A DNA stretch of 63,461 nucleotides, the filler included, from Platydemus manokwari (taxonomy: Eukaryota): the NCBI GenBank assembly GCA_037951405.1. It is 5 parts of 5 records of this genome, joined end to end, with 100 filler letters (N's around TTAATTAATTAA, not from the genome) between each part and the next. Parts side by side here need not be neighbours in the genome. Positions count along the whole stretch, not along the records: positions 52,419 to 63,461 come from JBBMOY010951084.1; 4 more parts are not named here. The stretch is one strand, 5' to 3'. Each line of letters starts with the position of its first letter. Within the stretch, counting starts at the first letter, position 1. The translations under genes were made by a program, and so were the position numbers. Positions 53,516-63,461 of this stretch are shown here, piece after piece. The notes below the pieces were generated by a model, which searched no databases, was not told the origin of the DNA, and worked only from the letters and a program-made list of their open reading frames with translations.

Positions 53516-54655
53516 ATTTAAAAGAATAGTTATAAAATATAATAAAAGTATATTCTAAATAATAAAAATCAACATAAATAGTTATACTTAAGAGCATTTA
53601 AGAGCAACACGATCAATAACAAAATCACGTCTGCAGGAAAAACATCAAAAAATACATGAACATTGCAATTCTAATAATAAAATAATTTGATTCTACTTTA
53701 TAAGCAGCAACAATCTAGAGAACCTCAAAAGTACACTTAATAAAGATAATCAATACTGAACTACAATTAACATTCCCCAGTAAAAGTGCCACAGTCAGTT
53801 TAACTCAGTAAGAGATGGTAATTTTGTTTATATAATTAAATATCATAATCAACAAATTCGCTGATCTTTGATAATACCTCTATGCCAACTGCAACGCTAA
53901 TCTCTTCTCCTAAGTAATAAGTATTTTCTATCATTTTTATGTATTAAGATTTTTATTGTTATAACATAAGTTAATCGTCACAACTAAGTTAAAATACAAG
54001 TACAGTAGTTAAAATATTCATCACATAGTTAGAAAAGTAGTAGACTGACAACGACCTTGACTATAGATTCAAACTCTTATTGGATGTAGGTTTAATCAAT
54101 AGCATTTTATAAGTATCATAAGAACATAAAGAGACTTTCAAACTAAACTACTCATAGTCAGTGGAAGGATATTTTGATAAATTATTTTTCACTCAAGTAA
54201 TACTTTCTTTAAAAATATCGAACCTTGTTACCTTATTCCATATTACTTTTAGTAATTCGTAAATACTTAAAATTATTCCGTTGACTTTATATTTAGTTTG
54301 AAATTGCATTGAAAAATACCAATTTGGTTTAATGGAGACATATATATCAATAAATTTACACATACATTTTTAATTATTAAAATCTCAAAAAATTAAATAA
54401 ATTCCAGTTAAATATTACTCGTTTATTTTTTCATTAAAACTAAGTAAAATGAAACCTGCAAAGTTTCGTAATTTATTTATAATATCTAATGATATCTAAA
54501 TTAAATTAATTTTTTTTCAATTTGAAAATTTCCACTGTTTTAATATTACCATAACAAATTGAGTTTTATTTAAATAATTTCACTTAGAGTTATTTAATTT
54601 CTTAACTTTAACCAACACTTCAAATTAATTAACTGGAACCTATATTTGATAAAAT

Positions 54656-57402
54656 ATGACTTTTGAAGAATGTGAATATAATTTTCCATATCGACCTTAT
54701 CCACAACAAACCCGATTGATGGAAGAATTATTCAATACTATTGAAAATAGAAAAATTGGTATATTTGAAAGCCCAACAGGCACTGGAAAATCACTTAGTG
54801 TTTTGTGCAGTTCACTTCATTGGATTCTCAAAAACCAACAAAATGAAATGAATCAATTGATTAAATATAAATCAGAAATTCAAAATGCTGAAATCGAATC
54901 GCAAAATGATCTAGATTGGATAATTGCATTCGATAGAAAGCAGAAGTTAAATTTGAAATTAGCAGATGATATCGAGAAATTAGAGAAAATTAAAATAATC
55001 ACGGATCATATTAAGTCTGTTAAAGCAAATAAGCTCAAAAATGAAAAGAATTCGAGAAATGATTTGAGTAAATTGCATCAGGGTGATAATGTGAGAAAAT
55101 TTGAAGAGGAGCACATTGTAAATTATAATAGCGATGATGAAAATTACGATGATGACATTGGAAAGATCAAAGAAGGTTCAATTACTAAAGTTTATTATTG
55201 CAGTCGAACTCATTCACAGTTATCTCAAGTTTTGAAGGAATTGTTAAAAACAAGTTACTCCGACAAAATTGTTACATGTTGCTTGGGATCGAGACAGAAT
55301 TTATGCATCAATAGTATGGTAAACAATCTCAAATCAATAAATCTAATCAATGAAAAGTGCTTAGATTTACAAAAACCATCCATTGAAAACGATGAAAATT
55401 CTGAACCTTCAAAAAAGAAGGCTAAAATATCTAATAGTTCTTGCTGCAGTTACAAAACACCCGGAAAAATTGAAGAGATTTCCGAAGACATTATTCGAAC
55501 GAGTATGGATATTGAAGAATTGGCTAAGATTGGAAATGAGCGCGGTGGTTGTCCATTTTATGGTGTGAGGCAAACGTTAAATAAAGCTCATTTAGTTTTG
55601 ATGCCTTATCAGAATCTTTTAAATCCCGCTGCTAGACTTGCCAGTCAAATAGAGTTACGTAATAATATTATTATTATTGACGAAGCGCATAATCTACCTG
55701 ATACAATTTCTGCCGTCAATGCGGTTACACTGACCCTCACTGAGATTAAGGCATGTCTTAACCAGATAAATAATTACTTCACTCGATATCTTAAGCGACT
55801 TTCCAACAAGAATCTTTGGTATCTCAGACAAATTATAGCGATTCTACGTAATTTAGAAGAGTTTCTCAACAAAGGAGAAAAGGAAAGCTTTTCTTTGAGT
55901 TGTGTCGATTTCGTATTTCAATCTTATATTGATAATTTTAAATTGGATAAATTATTAAATTACTTAAATAAAAGTAAATTGGCATTCAAGTTGCGAGCTT
56001 CCATCAAAAAACAAAATGACGAAAGCGAATTGGTAGTGAAAAATAGGAAATCTCGATCGTTGTTTCGTTGTGATGATCATTTGGTCGATGGAGCAATACA
56101 ACCGACGGAAAAGACAGTGAATGATGTTGAAAATGTTGGTAATGCCATGTTGGTCATGGAAAACTTTTTATCGGCCATAATTCATTCTTTGGATGCACGA
56201 ATTTTGGTGAATTCTAAAGAATCTCTAACATTTTTTGTCGTAGATCCTGGAAAATATTTGACAGGTTAGTTTTTCTATTTTATTTGCTTAAGAAAATTTT
56301 AAGTCGAGTAAAGATTAATAATTGCTTATCTTTATTGATTTGTTTTAATCGTTCCAAACACAAACACTATGCAGACATCATCAAACAATGTCGATCACTG
56401 ATTGTAATTGGCGGAACGATGCAACCATTCAGCGAATTTACGGATCGATTATTCAAGGTTGCTGGTTGTTGTGTAGATGACATACATACATTTTCTTGTG
56501 ATCATGTGATCGATGCAAGTGAGCAAATGAAAATTATCGCACTCGGTAAAGGATTAACTGGAAAGAAATTGAAATTCACTTTCGAAGTATAATATTTCGA
56601 GTTGTTTAATTTTTATGATTGTCATTTAGAATCGTTCTGATCAGAATATGATTATGGAGACCGGTGATTTGATTCACTCAGCATTAGGGTGTTGTCCAAG
56701 TTGAAAACATTTTTCTGTGCAAAATTAATGAACTTTATATTAGATGGTGCCGTTATATTTTTTCCCAGTTATGATTTCATGCAAACAATCATTGCGATAT
56801 GGAGGTCTTCTGGTATTTTAAGTAAGATTGAGAAATTGAAATCGATTTTCATTGAACCAAAGCAAGCAATTCTATCTGAACAGGTTGTGGGGTCTTGTTA
56901 AATGAGGATTTTGATTTAATTTTACATTTAGATCATGCAGAAATATGCACACGCAGCCCAATCAAGCAGAGGCGGTGTTTTGTTTGCTGTTATTGGAGCA
57001 AAATTGAGTGAAGGCATTAATTTCGGAGACGAACTAGCTAGACTCGTTATCGTAATCGGTGTTCCTTATCCGCAAATAAACAATCCAATTTTGCGAGAGA
57101 AAAAGAAATTCATTGAAACTCAGTATGGATCTGAAATTGCTCAAACTATGTATGAAAATCTGGCAATGAAAGCAGTTAATCAAGCTATTGGACGAGCAAT
57201 TCGACACAAGAATGACTATGCCGCTGTTTTATTATTGGATTTACGTTATGCATATATTGCTAACATTTCAAATGAAATGGAAGTTAAAAAAGGAAAATTA
57301 GGCCTTCCACAATGGATGAAACCAGCAGTTTCGGTTCATTCGACAGCAGATTCTATTTTAGTAGATTTAAAGTCATTTTTTAATAAAAGAGAATTTAATT
57401 AA
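54656..57402 (+). CDS. ddx11: ATP-dependent Fe-S DNA helicase DDX11/Chl1, 5 exons
   Basis: Exons 54656-56264, 56375-56586, 56630-56699, 56744-56883, 56932-57402. Motifs FPYRPYPQQ, IGIFESPTGTGKSLS, YYCSRTHSQLSQ, LGSRQNLCIN, CPFY, IIDEAHNL, GGTMQP, FFPSY, GAKLSEGINFGDELAR, NQAIGRAIRHKNDYA. Confidence 0.95.
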
Positions 57403-57700
57403 GTTGCTTCTAATAGTTTTTAGTTGGTTTAGGTATATTTTTTGTGAATCAAATGTCATAGCTATTAAGGCAGTAAAAAAAATTAACTTTGAAATTCAAA
57501 GTTTCCAATTATTTTAAGTTCCAAAATGTGACGTAACATTCGTTATTAAATCCAAAAATTAATTATTAAAAATTTCATTTATAGTCTTAAATACAAAACG
57601 CACAATTTAACACGAATTTCCAATTTTGTAAATTTCAACTCTAGAAGTTAACTTATACGTGTTTAAATATTCAAACTCTCCGACTATTTTAATTTATATC

Positions 57701-58351
57701 ATGCGTGAATTGACTGAAAATGAAAGAGAAGTTTTGTACGAAAAATTATCAAGATTGTAAATTCTAATTTAATTATTATATTACATTAAAATATTTGTTT
57801 CATAGCATAGGTAAGGAAAATATTGAAAAATTACTTAATCGGGAAGATGATAAATATGTTCTAAAATATCACAATAAAAAAGTGTTATATATTAGGTAAA
57901 TATTAATCAACATAATTCTATCTGTTAAATTTTACAATTCAGAGATCTGATCGCAAAGCAAGCTATATCTTTCGGTAGAAAAGAAATTTTAATATGCGGT
58001 GTTTGTTTTGGGAAATTTACATCAAAGGATCATAAACCTCAATTTAAACTTTCTGTAACAGCTCTTGAATATTTATCAGTATATTGTAAGCACAAAGTCT
58101 GGGTTAAAGATAGTGCTGAAGATCTGTTTAGTAGAGGAAATCACGTTCGCAAAATGGATCTTAGCAGAATGTCGGATGACGTTCCTCAATATGCTGGTGT
58201 TGTTGTTTATAATCTAAAAAGCATTCCTTTAGGATTTGGTGCAGCTGCTAAATCCACAGTTCAGTGTCGAACAACTGACCCAGGAGCTAATGTTGTATTT
58301 AATTACGGTGATATTGGAGAATATATCAGAAATGAAGACACAATAGTTTAA
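57701..58351 (+). CDS. nip7: 60S ribosome biogenesis protein NIP7, 3 exons
   Basis: Exons 57701-57756, 57806-57895, 57943-58351. MRELTENE..EKLSRFIG..GVCFGKFT..HKVWVK..GNHV..QYAGVVVY..PLGFG.AAKST..DIGEYIRNE (PUA domain). Confidence 0.93.
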
Positions 58352-58787
58352 TAATAAAAAAATTAAACATTGAGTTTTCTTTATAATAAATAAATCCACT
58401 CCAATCATAGCTATTTGTAGGGTCACTCATAAATTATTAGTTTTACAAAAACAATGAGTTTTCTTTTCTCATTTTTCTTTCGGGTTTTTATTGTACTTGG
58501 TACTTTTATCACGTATTTTTTTCTTCATTAATCTTGTTAGAGTTTCGTGTTCGTTTTCTTATCAATCACGTAGAACCTCTTAGTTTTCTTTAATTATATT
58601 TTATTCTTTTTCGTATTTTTCTTTTGTAGATTGGTTTGACTATTTTCGAGCAGCATTACTTAATATTCAAGATCGGTCGATTATATGGTGATTTTCGTTT
58701 TGCGATGAGCATATGTATATATGGTCGTCAACTATTATTTCATATTGATAGCTTTTATACAATATTTTCAACTTATTATATCTAACT

Positions 58788-59128
58788 CAGTGGTTCTCAA
58801 CCCTGGGGTCAGCAAGCATTTTTAAAGGGGTTGCCGAATTATGAGAGGTGTACAAACCATTGCGTGTGAAAAATCGTGTTTTATGATGCTGTTAAATATA
58901 TGGTTTGTGATTCGGATTAAACTTCTGTTCATCATTATCTTGAACACTACGGTTAAGTATTTTATAGGTAATGTTATCTGATAATCTTCTTATTATAAGT
59001 GAAATGATATATATAGTAGATATTATATGGAATGAAATGATATTTAGTAATATTGATTTTCTTTGGGGTCGCCAAGATCTTAAAATTGGGGAAATGTGCC
59101 GCCAAAAAATAAAGGTTGAGAACCGCTG
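58788..59128. mobile_element. hAT-family MITE (341 bp) with 8-bp target-site duplication
   Basis: Terminal repeats CAGTGGTTCTCAACC / GGTTGAGAACCGCTG; flanks ATCTAACT and ATCAAACT match at 7 of 8 positions. Confidence 0.88.
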
Positions 59129-59169
59129 ATCAAACTGGTTTTTGTAGTTAAAATTATTTTCCACTATTG

Positions 59170-61705
59170 TGTGATATGGACTTTAGATATCTAAAGTGAT
59201 TATCTTCTGACTATCCTATCTTGTTTCTTCTATTTTTGAAGTTAATCTTTCAAAAATTTTATTGAAAAGCAGCCTAAGAACTTATATTGTAATGTATATG
59301 AGGATTTATTGTGTTTAGGGTTAAGGATACTTGAGTACTAAATGTTATTTATGAGTTGCAGTAGTGATTGTTAATGGATGTATTTTAATATAAGATATAA
59401 ATAGTTAGATAAAAAAGAAATTTGTTTTAATAAAAAAACAAATGCGTGTGATTTTGAAAATAGAATAAAATATTGATGAAAACGACTTATGTTTTTGCTG
59501 GCGACCACGCCGAAATTAAATCTCTGACTAGAGCTAATCGAGAAGAGAGGCAGAAAATTTTTGCGAATCTGCCACAAAAAACACAGGGGTTATTAATTCC
59601 GAAACCATCATTCTTCGATTCATCAATCCAATACGCTGAGAAATGGTTCATAACAACCAAAGATTTCGCAATATTTAATCAAATGAAACTATTGTTTGCA
59701 TTTGACATGCTTCGGAGAGATTAAGCCAAGCAAGTGTGACAAGAATTCAGCAGTTTCAAAGAGGCTGTTTCAAATGAAGAGATCGAAAAATGGTTTTTAG
59801 AAACATTTTCACATGCCAAAACAGTATACGACAAGGTTCAAGATTTGGCAAAGACCAGATGAAAATATCTCAGTTTTGAACTTCGAGTAAAGAAGCTAGT
59901 TTCGGAGGGGTATGACGAGAAAAACACCCTTGAAAAAATTTCAAGACTATTTATTCTGCAAGACTTAAATAGCAAGAAATTGAAAGATTCATTTACTCTC
60001 GACCCTGCAATGTCCGATGATAGAAGAGAGCTTGCTGTCAATTTTGAGAAGTTAACTCTGAGGAAGCCCATACAAGCCATTAAGATGACTTACGCTTAGT
60101 CGGTATTTCAAAGTGACCTAAGAAAGACCTTTCAGAAGGAGATATCGTTCAAAAAAACCAAGTCTAATCGTGCAGGAAAGAGATTTTGGTGTAAAGGAAT
60201 ATCATCGAGCACCAGTTAATCGCATTGAATCTCCAAATAATGAGAAACCAACAAGATCAATGAAATCTATTGCCTCTAAATTTTATAACAATTGTAGATG
60301 AAGACCCACACCACGTAGTGATTATTTGAAACCAGATGCTTGTTTTTGCTGTGGTGAGCTTTGACACCGGTGGTTTGAATGTCCACTGCGGAAAAAATAT
60401 TTGATATGCAGTAAAGGACATTCGTTCAGAGAATATCATTTATCCAGAAAGACTGGTAACAATAGTCCGAGGAGAATATTGTGTATCCATGACGAAGAAG
60501 ATGAAGCCGATATTCAAACTGAAAGTGAAGCATGTGATTGTGTTAGCTTACTTTCTGTGGAAGAGAAAAAAACTGGAATCAATCTCTTTTGCTTATCTTG
60601 TCAGTGGGGTTGAGTCAATAAGACATATATTAGCTAGAGATAGAATAGAATTAAATAAAAAAGATGGCAAGAGGAAGAGGAAGCATTCATAGATGTACCA
60701 GAAAGCAGATGGTAGACAGTGGAGTAAAATTGAATGCAACGGTACACATATAGAAATGTTATGGGAGTCTTGTGCATCAATAATAGTAATGGACGAGAGC
60801 AATTGGAGGTGCATTGGAGAGCCCCAAATTAAAAATTCTGGCGTTCGATTGGCTGGTGTATTCTCCAATACACAAACCGTGTCTAGGGAAAATAAGGATC
60901 TCAATAGTTTGGAACAACAAAATACTAGTAAAGGAGATCATTGTAATAAAAGAAATATCGCCAAGAATTATCGGAGGAGTTGATATGATGAAGACTTTTG
61001 GAATATTCCTCATAGGGATAAAATCAATTGATGCCAAGGATGTGGGAAAGAAATATAGCGACCAAGACAGAATCGAAATGACACTGAAGAGTATCGCTGA
61101 TAAGAATTATATTTCATTGAATAGGTGTATAAAAGAAAATGGCTCAATTTTATGGCTTCTGGGTTCGATTTGGGACTAACAGATTTGGTGAAGCACGAGA
61201 TCCGTACTAGAGGGGAACCTATTGTTCCAAACCCCAGAAGGCAGCCAATAAATTTAGAAACCAAAATTCAATAATTGATAGAAAATCTTCTGGAAAGTAA
61301 TGTCATAACACCTTGCAAGAGCCGTTGGAACTCTCCTTTGGACGTAGTTCTTAAGAAAGATGGATTGATTAGGATGTGTTTAGACTTCAGAAAAATTAAC
61401 GAACAGATTGAGAGGTTTTCTTTTCCGGTACCTGATATCCAAACGTTACTGGATTCAGGATATGGATTATATACCGCACCAGCAACGTTTCAGAGTCTAA
61501 TGAATACTATATTCAAGGACTTGATTTACAAAGGCGATCTTTTTCATCTGGGCGATATTTTAGTGAATGGAAGAACGGTAGAGAAACACAATGAGAAACT
61601 TGAAAAGGTATTCAGGTTGATTAAATCATCAAGTTGAATAAAATGGACAAGGCTACAAGAACGCGTTTACACACCGAGAAGTCTACAAAAGAAGTTTGAT
61701 ATCAC
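59170..61705 (+). mobile_element. Dead, 3'-truncated Ty3/gypsy LTR retrotransposon (gag-protease-RT remnants)
   Basis: PBS-like TGGCGACCAC at about 59499; knuckle CFCCGEL*HRWFEC at about 60340; RT motifs SRWNSPL..KKDGLIRMCLDFRKINE and GLYTAPATFQ; YxDD decayed to HLGD; many stops and frameshifts. Boundaries approximate. Confidence 0.85.
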
Positions 61706-62435
61706 AAGCTACTCTAGTCTTTTGTGGTCGGGAATTTTTTACCTGTCTTATTCTTTTGTATGATTATTTTTATGACCAATCTTTAATCTTTTATGGTCGT
61801 TATTTCCGTGATTGTTTAATTTTGAGGTGTTTAACTCGTTAATTTTTAATTAGCTTTGCTCTTTGAAAGTGATTTAGAATCCAAATTTGATATTGTAATT
61901 ACATTCTTTGGATTTTCAAAATTAATGAATATCTAATAATTATCACAAATAAGGGATAAAAGATTTAATAAAATAATTTAATAAAAAGATTTAATTTAAA
62001 TAAAATATTTATAAACTATTTTTATATTAAGATAAAGATTTAAGTTATTACAATATTGAATTTAATTTTAAATAAATTTTTTATGTTAATTTTGATTTTG
62101 AGGTTACTGGAATTTTCGAAATTGTAAATATCAAAATATTCTTATTAATTGAATTTTTTAAATAATCAAATCATTGATTCAAAACATTTGTTTATAAATT
62201 GTAGATATTCGAGAAATTTAAATTTAATATTTTATTGTAAATAGTAAATTCAATTATTTAATTTACATTTTTCCTATGCTGTTTTTTACAAAGGAAGAAT
62301 TGAAATGCCGTATATCATATATTAAAAAAATGATGGGTATTCAATTACTTTTTTCATTTAAATATTATAATTTTATGATTTTTTAAATTGTAATTTGATA
62401 ATTGTTTTTCAAATACAGATGCTTTAAACATAAAG

Positions 62436-62812
62436 ATGAATTATTTTGAAAATTTATTGCAAGGATTAGAAGTTGTTTGAGATTGTTTTTATACTGAATT
62501 ATTAGGAAACGTTTTCTAGTGTTCCACAGAAAAACATTGTTTGATAATTAATGTGTCATTTCAAGATATTCCAATGGATGCTTTTATGGATTGTGATACA
62601 ATCGAAGTTATTTTTTAATTATTTATTTCCATTTTTGAAACTTTGTTATATTTTATTATGTGTTTCATTAGGTTTTGTCCAACACGGATAAAACGGAGAA
62701 CGATAAAGTTATTTTAATTATCATTAATATTTATAAATATTCAATATTATTTATACAGAATATGAACAAAAAATCTAAAACCAGTAACAGTTCAAAGACT
62801 CCAAAACGTAAG
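62436..62812 (+). CDS. Possible short-exon gene of unknown function (partial)
   Basis: Candidate exons 62436-62471, 62520-62538, 62566-62606, 62672-62707, 62759-62812 join in frame: MNYFENLLQGLECSTEKHYIPMDAFMDCDTIEVLSNTDKTENDKNMNKKSKTSNSSKTPKRK. One intron would be only 27 nt. Confidence 0.35.
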
Positions 62813-63461
62813 GTAATTTTTATATGATTTTATATTATGGGTTTCTTATAAATTTGGAGAGAATTATTCTTGCTTAGTGATCAAATTAACAATCTTAACA
62901 TTTAATCCACCGATATATCAGTTTCATTTTGTTTTCTGCTCATCATAATCGGTTAAGCTGTCGAATTCACCATCTAAACATTCGTTCATTGATAGGTTCT
63001 TTACTTTCTGATCTGTAGAACCTGTGATTGTATTTCTGTTTCTTATCAGTATATGTTTGACACCAGTGTTATTGTCTCTCATAACGATTAATATTGATAG
63101 AAACATATGGCTTTAAATAAAGTGACTGCTTGTTCGAATCCGTAATTATGAAGGTGGATTCAATGATCTTATCCATTTAAATATAATTAGCACTGTTATT
63201 AGCATTGTTAATATTAATTCTGACGACTTAAAAAAACAAATCTACAAAGCTTGTGAATGTTTTCAAAATCTTGCAAAAGATCCATTTTGGTTTTACAAGA
63301 TTTATTGAAATTATATTTGATTATATTATTTATGCTATTTATTTTCTTTTGTATTATTTTATTATTATTAATCATTTCTGCTATTATTATTATTAATATT
63401 TTTGTTATTATTAATTATATTCCATGATATTGGTTCTGCTTTTATTATTAATATCAATTTG

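Noticed and set aside
59473-61637. Dense overlapping ORFs on both strands as novel genes
   Set aside because: Explained as frameshifted fragments and antisense shadows of the dead gypsy element.
62924-63106. 60-aa minus-strand ORF near the window end
   Set aside because: Could not be spliced to upstream sequence in a consistent phase; no homology recognised.

Overview
AT-rich eukaryotic DNA with many 40-50 nt GT-AG introns. It is most likely a planarian (triclad flatworm) draft genome; this is inferred from composition, intron size and the Dishevelled sequence. The window is not contiguous: four identical 100-nt linkers (N44-TTAATTAATTAA-N44) join five segments. Segment 1 holds a 6-exon gene fusing two RRMs (the first ELAV/Sxl-like) to an intact PLP-dependent serine dehydratase, followed by the first three coding exons of an otoferlin-like ferlin. 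Segment 2 holds the PDZ-DEP-C-terminal part of a Dishevelled gene. It also has a 3.6-kb locus bracketed by two convergent RNA genes that keep an intact SRP (7SL) Alu domain but have unrelated structured interiors in place of the S domain, with B-box-bearing repeats between them. Segment 3 is transposon debris. Segment 4 is a co-oriented minus-strand cluster: APC13 and PDSS2 (joined by a TAATG stop/start overlap), a degenerate WWOX, and a WDR91 N-terminal-like gene. Segment 5 holds DDX11, NIP7, a hAT MITE, a dead Ty3/gypsy element and a possible short-exon gene. All gene models were spliced and translated by eye; no database search or folding program was run.
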